From: Chiloscyllium plagiosum
Taxonomy: Eukaryota
Assembly: GCF_004010195.1 (NCBI RefSeq)
Contig: NC_057750.1
Coordinates: 3,158,761 to 3,222,760 of the forward strand
DNA length: 64,000 nt
Direction of reading: 5' to 3'
Shown: piece after piece, positions 52,270-64,000 of the stretch
Layout: each line of letters opens with the position of its first letter
How positions within the stretch are numbered: the stretch's first letter is position 1
Made by a program: the position numbers and the translations under genes
The notes under the pieces: generated by a model
Seen by the model: the letters and a program-made list of their open reading frames with translations, nothing else
What the model was told of the DNA's origin: nothing
Databases searched by the model: none

Positions 52270-52861
52270 TTTGGTGTAAGTGTGCTCGCTGAGTGAAAGG
52301 TTCGTTTCCAGATATTGCATCACCATACTAGGTAATAAAATCAGTGAGCCTCCGGATGAAGCACTGGTGGTTTGGCCTGCCTTTTATTTATGTGTTTAGG
52401 TTTCCTTGGGTTGCTGATGTAATTTTCTGTGGTGATGTCATTTCCTGTTCTTTTTCTCAGGGATGGTAAATGAAATCCAAGCCATTGTGTTTGTTAATAG
52501 AGTTCCGATTGGAATGCCATGCTTCTAGGAATTCTTGTGCGTGTCTCTGTTTGGTTTGTCCTAGGATGGATGTGTTGTCCCAGTCGAAGTGGTGTCCTTC
52601 CTCATCTGTATGTAAAGATACTTATGGGAGTGTGTCACGTCTTTTTGTGGCTAGTTGATATTCATGTAACCTGGTGGCTAGTTTTCTGCCTGTTTGTTAC
52701 TGTTCTTGCAAGGTATTTTGTAAATGACATTTAGTTTTGCTTGTTTTTTGTGTAGGGTCTTTCAAGTTCATTAGCTGCTGTTTTATTGTGTTGGTGAGTT
52801 TGTGGGCTACCATGATGCCAAGAGATCTGAGTAGTCTGGCTTCTCAAATCTTCTTAAAACT
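52270..52861 (-). mobile_element. Family C PLE: inverted GIY-YIG/pLTR copy plus forward tail stub
   Basis: Reverse complement of ~60100-60663; forward CAAATCTTCTTAAAACT at right end; 16-bp TSD CATGAAGGAGAGAGAT 52254-52269 and 52862-52877. Confidence 0.85.
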
Positions 52862-53964
52862 CATGAAGGAGAGAGATGTTAATGCTGGGAAAAGGAAAAC
52901 TTCCCTATTTCAACAACTGTTGTTTATTGCAAAATGTTTTAAGTCACACTAGTAGCAGAATGAAGCTCATTACGCTTAGTGCTAATGAGGGCCTATGACA
53001 GCAGCAATAATGTAAAATGTTGGCATTTGGGTCAAGTAAAGGACCTTGATGATTACAGCAAAGATTATTTGAAATAAAAAGAGACTAGTAGGCCACAGTG
53101 CCAGGCAGTAACCTTCCTGAGGCACAATGAAGCCAGTCCGAGGACGTAAAGCCCCAGGATCCCCACTTTGGCTAATAAACTTGTACTAAATTAAGTAACA
53201 CAAATAAACCTGGGACAGTGCTGTGAACTGTCAGGGAGCCTATGTCAGCTCCTCCACAAGCTTAAAATAAATTCCTCCCCTGACAACACAGAGACACAAT
53301 GTGACTACTGACAGTGATTAGTGCTATTGCTGTTCTGTTTTGCAGGCGTTGTCAATAAACATCCCCATTCAGGGTGTGACAAAAGATCTATTCTCAATTC
53401 AAGGGATGAAGCACCCAACTGATATAACATTCAGAAAGGTTTATACATTAGCAGTTTGTAAACTGAATTCCAAAATGGTGGAGACTCTGGCTTATATTGG
53501 GCTTCCCTGATTTTCCTCACTCCATCACTGGCAGCTTGTCTGACAAAAGCCTAAACTGAGAAATTTCCTCCCTAATAAGTGCATTGGATTATTTCTGCTT
53601 AACTGTTCAATTAAAAATCTATTCAGTATGTATTTTTTCAAAACTTTCCTCATCTACTTTTGCAAGCACTGTAATTTGACAGCTTCAAAATAATATCTTA
53701 AAAAGTAAGCTGCATTTAGTTCCCACAGCAGATATCTCACTGAAGGTTCACTTTCAGTTCTCAGCCAGATCAGTAGTCCTTCAAATAATCTCAGCCTGCC
53801 ATGTGAATTAGGGTTAAATCAGTCATTCCTAATCAGTCTAGTCAACCCTGCATACCTCAACCATGATCTTCCACTCAGGTTGAACATGTAACAGTAATTA
53901 AAGTCTAGGATGGTTTATCAAGTATGACTATTTGAGCAAATAGGAAACTGATGCCTTGCATGAC

Positions 53965-54240
53965 ATTTTATTACCCCTCCCTAAATGTCCTTGAGTGGCT
54001 TGGAAGATCCTTCAGAGGGCAAGCAATAGGTAACCATATTGCTGTGGGTCCGGAGTCACACATAGGCCAGTTGGGGTAGGGTGGCAGATGTCCTTCCCTA
54101 AAGGACACTAGGACACAGATGTACACAACAATTGACAACAGTTTAATGGTCATCATTACTGAGATTCATTCCATATTTATTAATTTAGTTCTAAATTGTA
54201 CAAGTCATGGTTGGATTTGAATCCATGTCTCCAGAGCTTT
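53965..54240 (-). mobile_element. Second SINE-like interspersed repeat (related copies ~8610-8720, ~14480-14650)
   Basis: Shared GGAGTCACA..TAGGCCAG...TCCTTCCCTAAAGGACA core. Confidence 0.5.
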
Positions 54241-54245
54241 AGACT

Positions 54246-54562
54246 GATTAGATTACATTACATTACAGTGTGGAAACAGGCCCTTCGGCCCAACAAGTCC
54301 ACACCGACCCGCCGAAGCGAAACCCACCCATACCCCTACATTTACCCGTTACCTAACACTACGGGCAATTTAGCATGGCCAATTCACCTGACCCTGCACA
54401 TCTTTGTGACTGTGGGAGGAAACCGGAGCACCCGGAGGAAACCCACGCAGACACGGGGAGAACGTGCAAACTCCACACAGTCAGTCGCCTGAGGCGGGAA
54501 GTGAACCCGGGTCTCAGGCGCTGTGAGGCAGCAGTGCTAACCACTGTGCCACCGTGCCGCCA
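54246..54562 (-). mobile_element. HE1-like tRNA SINE, full length and CpG-rich (young)
   Basis: GGCGGCACGGTGGCACAGTGGTTAGC A box, GGTTCACTTCC B box, (TGTAA/TCTAA) tail; nearly identical to 28011-28164. Confidence 0.9.
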
Positions 54563-54797
54563 ACTGAGCCTCTGGATTACTAGTTCACCACTTCCTAGGG
54601 TCATTAGACTGCTGAAAGAGGTAATTTGGTCATCAGGTCCATGCTGGACAGCAATCCAGCTCTATCACATAGTTCTGCAAGTTTATTTCCCTCACATGCC
54701 CATACAATTTCCTTTTGAAATCATTGATCATTCTCTGCTTCCATCTACCCATCTAGGTAACAAGTTCCAGATCAACTTGCCGCATTAAAAAAAAATC

Positions 54798-57120
54798 ATA
54801 GAATCATACAATACAAAAGAGGCCCTTCAGCCCATTGAGACTGCACTAACAAAAACTAGTCCCACTTTCTAGCCCTTGACCCCATAACCTTGAATGTTAT
54901 GACATATCAAGTGCTCATCCAAGTAATTTTTAACAGTTGTGAGGTTTCCTACCTAAACTACTCTTCCAGGCAGCACATTCCAGATTCCTACCACAGTCTG
55001 AATGAAAAAAGTATTTCTTCAAATCCCCTCTAAATTTCGCCTTTCACCTTAACATTATGCCCCTTTGTTATTGACTCTGGCTGCTTTCTATCCACCTTTT
55101 CCATTCCCCTCATAATCTTATATGCCTCTCAGCTCTCTTTGCTCCAAAGAAAATAACCTGTGCTTAACCAGCCTCTCTTCGTAGCTAAACTGCTCCATTC
55201 CAGGCAACACTCTAGTGAATCTCCCTTGCACTCCCACAGTGCAAATCACTTCCTTCCCACAGTGTGGTGAGCAGAACTGCTTACAGTACTCCAGCTGTGC
55301 TCTCACTTAATTTTTGTACAGCTCCTACTTAGCTTATAATCAGTGCCACAACTGATAAAGTCCTGTTTGTCTTTTTAACTACCCTACTAATCTGTCCAGC
55401 CACCTTCAGGAATCTGTGGACAAATACCTCAAAATCCATCAGTTCCTCTGAGCTTCCTAGTGTCCTGCTGTACATTGAGTACTCCCTGATCTTGTTACTT
55501 CTTCCAAAGTTCATCACCGCACAATTATCAGGATTAAATTCCATCTTCCACTGATTTGTCAATCTGACCAAACCATCTATTTTCCTGTGAGCTTAGACAA
55601 TCTTCTTCACTGTCACTCACCCAACCATTCTTCAGTATTCCATCTTGGAACTGACAGCCAAATTCCTCCAACCAGCACATAAACCAACAGCCACCCTCCC
55701 ACAATAACTCACCAGAACAAAAGACTCAATACTCGTCATGTGCAGGATAAAAGTGGTGTACAAGATTCCATGCAGAGACTACATGAAACACTATATCGGA
55801 CAAACAGGCAGACAACTAGCCATCTGTATTTATGAACATCAATGAGCCACAAAACGCCACAACCAGTTATCCTTAGTATCTATACACACAGATGACAAGG
55901 ACGACAACTTTGACTGGGACAGCACAACAATAATAGCTCAAGCAAAACAGAGGACAACCAGAGAATTGCTAGAAGTTTGGTACTCATGCACAGACTTTCA
56001 TCAATAAACACATTGACCTAGACCCAATATACTGTCCACTCCAACAAACAACCACCAGTAACCAGAAGCAGCGGGAACAAACCCAAATAAATTGTAACTA
56101 ACACAGCACAGCAGTGCTTCAGAAGAGGCTCCATAGCGCTGAGAATATCCCTTGAAAGGGGACAAAACATCTGCAATCCAAATTCCCAGCTTAGCGATCA
56201 TTCCCACAACAACTGCAATATATATGTTTATACATCTAAAACAATATGGACCCAAGACTGATCCCTATGGTGTGTCACTGGACACTAACTTCCAGTCACT
56301 CAAATAGTTTCTATCACTTAGCTAATCTTTGATCCAACTTGCCAAGTTACCCTGGATCCATGTGCTTTTACCTGTATTAGCCTCCCATGTGGAACCTTGT
56401 CAAAGGCTTTGCCGGAGTCTATGTAAACTACATCTAATGCACTCTCGAAATCTACAAACTTGGTCACTTCCTTAGAAACTTTAGTCAAACTTATTCGACA
56501 TGACCTCCCTTTGATGCAACCATGCTGACTATCCCTGGTCAAATCTTGCCTCTCCAAGTAGTGATTAATTCTCTCCTTCAAGATTTTCTGCAGTACTTGC
56601 CCTACCACTGATGCGAGACTCACTGGAATGTAATTCCCTAGTTTATCTCTACCAATCTTCTTGATAGGTGGAACCACATAAGCTGACCTCCAGTCCTCTG
56701 ACACCTCTCCTGTGGCCAAAGAGGAATTAACCATTTGGGTCATGGCCTCTCTAATTTGTTCTTTGACTCCCACAGCAATTTGGGATCCAACTTATCCAGA
56801 CATAAGGATTTGTCCATTTCTAACCCAATCAATACCTCCTCACTCCCTATGTCAAATTGTCAAGACACTCAGAGTCCCACTTCCTGAATTCTTTACCTAT
56901 ATTCTGCTTCTCCAAAGTGAGGATAGGTATGAAGTATGTATTTAACACCCTACCGATGTCCTCCGGCTCCATGCACAGATTACCTCCTTGGTCCCTAATG
57001 GACTCCTTCCCCTTAATATACTTATCTTGGGGATTCTCTGTAATCTTACCCACCAGTGTTTTTTCGTTTTGCTCTCCTAATTGCTTTCAGCCAAGGACCT
57101 CCGTTGATTTGCTTCCCTTG
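54798..57120 (-). mobile_element. CR1 LINE long 3' fragment interrupted by a PLE
   Basis: TGEVSEDWRSA, DVVYIDSGKAFDKVPH, LEYCKQF peptides. Confidence 0.85.
55640..56212 (+). mobile_element. Penelope-like (Poseidon-type) GIY-YIG fragment + pLTR with decayed hammerhead
   Basis: VVYKIPCRDYMKHYIGQTGRQL...FDWD; CTGAGAAT-ATCCC...GGGAC-AAAACATC-TGC at 56139-56174. Confidence 0.75.
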
Positions 57121-57147
57121 TATCCATTAAAAGCCTTTCTTTTTCTT

Positions 57148-57382
57148 TAAATTAAAAATCACACAACACCAGGTTATAGTCTAACAGGTTTAAGTTGGAA
57201 GCACTAGCTTTCGAGGGCTGATCCTTCATCAGGTGGTTGTGGACAGGTCGTCTACAACCGCCTGATGAAGGAGCAGCGCTCCAAAAGCTAGTGCTTCCAA
57301 TTTAAACCTGTTAGATTATAACTTGGCCTTGTGTGATTTTTAACTTTGTACACCCCAGTCCAACACCAACATCTCCAAATCA
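57148..57382 (+). mobile_element. Family B fold-back, double hammerhead
   Basis: Same arms and tail as 39185-39397 with a longer centre; TSD TTTCTTTTTCTT 57136-57147 and 57383-57394. Confidence 0.85.
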
Positions 57383-58844
57383 TTTCTTTTTCTTCTTATT
57401 CAGTCCTGAATATTCCTAGGGTTCACTGGATTTCTGCATGATAAAAGCAAAAAGGCAACTTTTTAAAAAATAGTGTTTAGCCAAGAGAAGTACATTCTGT
57501 TATAAGATTCTCTTTTGTGTATATAAGTTGTATATAGGAAGTGACTTGGCTGTGGAGTGGCATTGGGGAGTGGTATACAGGATAGGGAATGTTAGTCATT
57601 CTAATGAAGTCATCATGGCGTGATGCAGCTAAATAGACAACTGTTCTTTTCCTGCCTATCAATTTAGCAAGTTTGCATCATGGAGTCCATGAGTCAACTT
57701 TTAACAGTTCTCCCACACATCACTGCAATACCAAGCTAAATATTCAGAGTAATGTGACATCATAAAACACAAAGAGTTATTATTTCAGTACATAGAAGGA
57801 AACATCATGGGAGTTTCTGACTGATTTTAAGGTGTGTGTTGCTGCTGCACAGGTTTGGCAGACACCTATGTCACCTGCTGTTCTTGACCATGGAGGAAGG
57901 TGTGGCTGCTGAAAGTAAATGATTTCACCCACCCTTGTTATGAAGCCTTCTGTTAGATAAATATTTAAGACTCCTGTCAAATGGACATTGGAGGCTCTTG
58001 TTGCATGCTTTGTGCAAATCTCTTGAATGGATCCTGGACTTAAAAAAAACCTTGCATTTGTACTGTAGCCTTCATGTCTTCAAGGTGTCCCACATGGTTC
58101 ACAGCAGAGGAATTATTTTTGAAATGTATTTATGTTTATTGCTCACATTACTGAAAAGAGACCAGGGCCCTTGTTTATGGTGTCAGCTAAAGGATGGCAA
58201 TTCAGACAGTGCAGTACTCCTTCAGTACTGGGTGGGAGTTTGAACCCTAGGCCTGGTGCAGAGAAAGAAGTGCTACCAACTCAGCTGACAAACTTTTGCA
58301 GGTAAAATATGTTCTTTTACAAATAAATAAGTGCATTTCTCAAGCAAGCAGGAAAATCAAACAACATTTTATTTCATTTAAAAAGGCCAAAGAAGAAAGA
58401 AAGAAAAGAATAATTTACCATGAGGAGAAAGGACTGCCTCTGACATTAATGAATTCTTTTCAGTGGTAACACTTGAGTAGTTGTGGCTTCTTACTTCTGA
58501 TGTAAAGGTTACAAAATGATGATATTTCCTGTGTTCAAAACATTGAATTATCACCACTGTTCAGCCCCTGCTGTAAATAAATCATGCAAACAAAACACAA
58601 GGATTGTTTTATCTTCTTCTCAAGTTGGGAGGGCTTGTACACTACAGATGTCTTTCTTTCAAATAGATTCTGCTAGTTTCTCTCTTTTAACAGTTCACTC
58701 TTGAATCAGTGATGTGGTATTTTTATACTAGAAAAGAGAGTAATTCACAGCTGGTGAAGTAGAAAGATGTTGTGAAGATTCTGTTTACTTTCAAGTTACA
58801 GTTGTACTATCTCTACGCCCATCAGTGGAATTCAGTAACGAACA

Positions 58845-59206
58845 ATCATAGAATCCCTACAGTGCAGAAGAGGCCATTCAGTCCATTGAGTCTGCACACT
58901 CAGCAGAGCATATGATTCACACCAGCCCCCTACTCCCCGTAATCCTGCATTTCCTATGGATGATCAACCTAGCCTACACATCCCTGGACACTATGGATAA
59001 TTTAGCATGGCCCTCCATCTAACCTGGAGATAGTGAGGATTACAGATCTGGGAGAGTCAGAGTCGAACTCTAGTGTGGCTCTGGAATAGCACAGCAGGTC
59101 AGACAGCACCTGAGGAGCAGGATACTGTCCGTTTTAGACAGGACCCTTCATCAGGACCATCCACCTAATCTGCACATCTTTGGACTGTGGGAGGAAACCA
59201 GAGCAC
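58845..59206 (-). mobile_element. HE1-like SINE interrupted by a family A short element (~59027-59156, minus)
   Basis: SINE body resumes after duplicated TCCA(T/C)CTAA(C/T)CTG. Confidence 0.7.
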
Positions 59207-59209
59207 GTA

Positions 59210-60695
59210 CAGATTAGGCAAGGAGCTACACCAAAGATTAAAAACACTTTAGTAGAAGATTCACGCCACTCCATCCACTCCACCCAAGGATTCCTGAACA
59301 TCATCAAAGACATCAAGATAGAAGAGGATGAAATAATGGTCTGCTTTGATGTAACAGCCCAGTTTACATCCATCAACATCAACCAGGTCAAGGAAACGCT
59401 GACTACACTATTAGAAGAACCAAAGACACATACACCAAACACCACCAACTTCATTAGCAAGGACAACATCATCAAGCTAGTGGACCTATGCCTTACCACT
59501 CACTTCACTTTCAACAACAAAACCTACAGACAAACCAATGGAACACCCATGGGATCTTTGATATCAGGATTCTTAGCAGAGGCAGTAATGCAGAGACTTG
59601 AACAAATAGCTCTGCCGACTAACCAACCCAAACTTTGGGTCCGCTACATGTCATCACTAAATGAAACAAATTAGAGGAAACCTTCAAAACCATCAATAAT
59701 ACCCTTACTGGCATAATATTCAGTGAGGCGGAGGAAAACAACAACAAACTGCCATTCCTAGATGTCACAGTAGAGCGAACAGCCAATGGGGAACTTCAAA
59801 CCAGCATCTACAGGAAAACAACACACACGGACCAAACACTGAACTACAGAAGCAATCATCCCAACACCTATAAATGAAGCTGCATTAGAACATTATTTCA
59901 CCAAGATACCACACACTGCAGCACAGAGGAACTACAAAGAGCAGAGGAAAATCACCTATACAAACATATTCAAAAAGAATGGGTACACAACAAACATAGT
60001 CTGCCAATTTCTCAGCAACAAGCCCAAACAAGGAGACAAAACCCGTCCAGAAACCCTAGCCACTCTCTCCTACGTCAAAGACATCTTGGAAATGACTGTC
60101 ACACTACTCAGACCTCTTGGCATCATGGTAGCCCACAAACCCACCAACACACTAAAACAGCAGCTAATGAACTTGAAAGACCCACACAGACAACAAGCAA
60201 AACTAATGCCATTTACAAAATACCTTGCAAGAATTGTAACAAACAGTACATTGGACAAATAAGCAGAAAACTAACCACCAGGATATTTGAACATCAACTA
60301 GCCACAAAAAGACATGACTCACTCTCACTAGTATCCTTACATACAGATGAGGAAGGACACCACTCCGACTGGGACAACACATCCATCATAGGACAAGCCA
60401 AACGGACACGCAAGGGAATTCCTGGAAGCATGGGATTCCAACCGATTTCTATGAACAAACACATTGACTTGGACCCTGTTTACCACCCTCTGAGACAAAG
60501 AACAGGAAATGACATCACCAATCCAAGGAAACCTAAACACAAATAGAAAGCAGGTCACTGACACCAGTATTTCACCCGAGGCTCACTGATGATGTTACCT
60601 AGTATGGTGACGAAACATCTGAAAATGAACCTCCCAGCTCAGCAAGCAAACTTACATCCAGAACTTTAACCTGAGCTACAAATCTTCTCAAAACT
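59210..60695 (+). mobile_element. Family C Penelope-like element (Poseidon-type), 5'-truncated RT + GIY-YIG + pLTR
   Basis: FDVTAQFTSI, LCLTTHFTFNNKTYRQTNGTPMGS, LWVRY, LPFLDV, NAIYKIPCKNCNKQYIGQ; frameshifts and stops. Confidence 0.9.
60583..60622 (+). ncRNA. Minimal type-I hammerhead ribozyme motif in PLE pLTR
   Basis: Stem I TCA/TGA, CTGATGA 60586-60592, stem II GTTACC/GGTGAC, GAAA 60612-60615, predicted cleavage after C60619. Confidence 0.75.
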
Positions 60696-61941
60696 ATCAC
60701 ATGATTTATGTATGGATGCTGGACATCTGCGAATAATTAGAGGTCAGTAATCTAATTGAAAGGTATGGGCGATTCATGTAGTATACTGCCTCTTCACCTG
60801 TGGACTCCCTGGTGTCTGCATTCAGTTTGCCTGGCTGTAGAATCTTCACCGACCTGTGATTCAATAAGCATCCATTTCTTTTTCTGGCAAAGGAAATTAT
60901 ACTTTATGTAGGACTGTTCCCAATTTCCACACATCACTTGAAATATCCTTATTAAAATAGAATCATAAAGGATGTTCTCTTGGCCTGAAGCCTTGCTCAG
61001 TAGGAGAAGGCATTTCAGAACTGGCCAATTCATTCCATCTGGTTCCTGTTCTCCAATTGAACTGGATTCAGCATAGTGAGCACCAGCTCAGTGATTTAAA
61101 TCTATAGCTTTTCTGCCTCATCTGGGACAATGTCTGGATTCCACTTTAGACCTGCGCACACTGAAAAAAGAATGGACTAGCGTTTATTGTACATTGCATA
61201 TTTTATGTCATCAGGCTATACCAAAGCTTGTTGCAGCCATTGTAGAAAGCAAGTTCCCAAAACAAAATCACAGATATTTTTGTACAGCGCAGAAGGAAAC
61301 CATTTGCTCTTTTGTGTCCATATCCAAATGGACAATTTGCTAATGACCACTTACTTTGCTTTCTACTGATGTTGGTGAGTGATAAATAGCCCAGTGTAAT
61401 GGGGAGAATACCTGCTGTTGTTCAAAATAGTGATAATGGGATCTTTCAAATTTACTTGAATGACCAGGGAGAAGCCTTTACAATTATGTCCCAGATTGTG
61501 CCACTGTCAGGTACAGTGCTTGGCAACAAAAGTGCTGTGATGGACTTTAGCACTTATAGGCCATGAAGGAGGAAAAATAATCCGGTTACAATGACCCACT
61601 GGAAAGTTCAGGTGTGAAACAGACAATAAGTACAGTGTCCCCTTGTGATTGACCCACAAAAACACAATTATTCTCAAATTAAGGAGCAATCAACATTAAG
61701 CATGCACTGCTCACACCAACAGGACTGCAACCTCTGGTCTACTGACCTCAATCAATTTACCACTAGCAGAATATGTGTACCATTCACAGCTTCTGAGATC
61801 TCTTGCCAGTCAGCATGGTGGTGGGAGAAGAGGGGGTCATCATCTGATTGAGTAGCTCCTTGCTGCTTTAGTGAGACTGGGGACAGCACTCCACTTCCCA
61901 TTGAATCCCACAGTAGGATCATACAGGAGAGAAAGAGGCCA

Positions 61942-62087
61942 CTCATAAAAGCAAAATACTGCAGATGCTGAAAATCTGAAACAAACAAAAAAAGTCATAC
62001 AAGACTTGAAGCATTAACTCTGCTTCTCTCTTCACAGATGCTGCCAGGCTTGCTGTGTTTCTCCAGCATTTTTCTGTGTTTGTTTTG
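61942..62087. mobile_element. Family D PLE-derived short element: reverse tail + forward arm
   Basis: 13-bp TSD GAGAAAGAGGCCA 61929-61941 and 62088-62100. Confidence 0.7.
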
Positions 62088-62429
62088 GAGAAAGAGGCCA
62101 TACCTGTATCAGCTCTCTGTAAGAACTATCAATTAGTCTGACTTGCCACTTCTTACCGTATAGTACTGCATATTTTTTTCATTTTCAACTACTTAACTAA
62201 TTTTCTTTTGAAAGTCACTATTGATTCTGCTTCTACTGGCATTTTAGCAAACATATTCTAGATTACAATGGTATCCCTTTAAAGATAATAGGTTAAACTG
62301 CAACTTTTCATCCATTAACATTTTTGCAATGTTTCCTTCAAGTGGACCAGATGATCTGGAATGCAACAAAGTCAGGTAAGTATTGCATTCAGGACAAACT
62401 AATCATTGGATTGGGTCTAAAAACAGTTA

Positions 62430-64000
62430 GGAGAAAGTGAGGTCTGCAGATGCTGGAGATCAGAGTCGAGAGTATGTTGCTGGATAAAGCACAGCAGATC
62501 TGGTAGTATCCGAGATGCAAGAGAATCAATGTTTCTGGCATAAGCCATTAATCTGGAATGAGGCTTGTGGGTCGGGGCTGAGAGATAAATGGGAGGGAGC
62601 TAGGGGTTGGGGGAAGGTGAGGGAGAAGGTGATAGGTCAGAGGGGGGAGTGGTGGACAGGTCCGGAGGACGGTGCCAAGTTGGAGGCTTGGTACTGGGAT
62701 AATGTGGGGGGGGGAGGGAAAATGAGGAAGCTGTTGAAATCTACATTGATCCCATGTGGTTGCAGGATCCCAAGATGGAGTATGAGGCGTTGTTCCTCCA
62801 GGTGTCAGGTGGTAAGGGTTTGGCGGTGAAGGCGGTCCAGGATGTGCATGTCCTTGACAGAGTGGGAAGGGGAGTTGAAGTGTTCAGCCACGGGGAGGTG
62901 GGGTTTGTGGGTGCAAGTGTCCCAGAGATGTTCTCTGAAATGACCCGATGTAGAGGAGACCGCACTGGGTGCAACCGATGCAGTAGGTGACATTGGTAGA
63001 GGTATAGGTAAATTTCTGACAGATGTGGAAGGATCCCATGGAGCGTTGGACAGAGGTGAGAGGAGTGGTGTGGGCGCAGGTTTTGCACTTCCTTTGGTGG
63101 CAGGGAAAGGTGCTAGGAGTGGTGTGTGGGCTGGTGTGGGTGTGGACCTGCTGAGGGAGGCACAGAGGGAATGGTCTTTCTGGAATGCTGATAGGGGTAG
63201 GGAGGAAAATATATGTTTGGTGGTGGGCTCCGTTTGGTGGTGGTGGAAATGGCGGAGAATGCTGCGATGTATGCAGAGGTTGGTGGGGTGGAAGGTGAGG
63301 ACCAGGGGCAGGGGGGTAGTGTCCTTGTTGCGTTGGGAGGGGTGGGGTTCAAGGGTGGTTAGTCGGTCGCCAGAGATGACGATGGAGAGGTCCAGAAAGG
63401 GGAAGGAGGTGTGCGAAATGGTCCAGGTGAATTTGAGGTCGGGGTGGAAAGTGTTGGTAAAGTTGATGAACTGTTCATCAACTTTACCAATACCTTCCAC
63501 CCCAACTGCAAATTCACCTGGACCATCGTGGTCACCTCCCTCCCCTTCTTGGACCTCTCCATCACTGTCTCTGGCAACCTACTCACCACAGATATCTACT
63601 ACAAGCCCACCGACTCCCACAGCTACGTAGACTACACCTCCTCCCACCCTGCCTCCTGTAAAAATGCCATCCATTATTCCCAATTCCTCTGCCTCTGCCG
63701 CATCTGTTCCCAGGATGACTAATTCCACCTTAGAAAGTCCCAGATGGCCTCCTTCTTCCACAATCGCAACTTCTCTTCCCACATAGTTGAAGATGCCCTC
63801 TAGCGCATCACCTCCACTTCATGCACCACCGCCCTTGTACCCCACCCCTCCCAACACAACAAGGATAGTACACCCAGCCCTTACCCTCCACCCCACCACC
63901 CTTCGCATACATCGCAGCATCCTCCACCACTTCCTCCACCTCCAAACGGACCCCACCACCAAAGATATTCCCCACCCCAATCAGTGTTCTGGAAAGACCA
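62430..64000. mobile_element. Large family A (Neptune-type) PLE fold-back: two 5'-truncated coding copies head-to-head
   Basis: Symmetry centre at 63472 (GATGAAC-T-GTTCATC); both arms encode FINFTNTFHP..KFTWTI...PFLDLSI; right arm YYKPTDSHSY..YTSSHP; left arm ends with pLTR and tail at 62430. Confidence 0.9.

Noticed and set aside
54490..54562. tRNA gene
   Set aside because: A/B boxes belong to a SINE head continuous with the SINE body and tail.

Overview
Vertebrate nuclear DNA, most likely an elasmobranch (shark), judged from HE1-like tRNA SINEs, dense CR1 LINEs and Penelope-like elements (PLEs). The only recognisable host gene is the first coding exon of a non-muscle alpha-actinin (ACTN4-like) on the minus strand (12944-13069), inside a CpG island; intron 1 runs off the left edge. 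The ~50 kb upstream is repeat-dominated: a near full-length decayed CR1, many CR1 and Rex1/Babar fragments, SINEs, Tigger/pogo-like MITEs, a solo LTR and a TGT..ACA fold-back element. The most notable signal is a set of at least four PLE-derived families carrying minimal type-I hammerhead ribozyme motifs (CTGANGA-stem II-GAAA-palindrome-UH). Many are short non-coding insertions of 125-700 bp, often head-to-head fold-backs with a single unpaired ~30-37 nt tail and 10-16 bp target-site duplications (TSDs). Coordinates of decayed repeats are approximate and were read by eye; no searches or folding computations were run.
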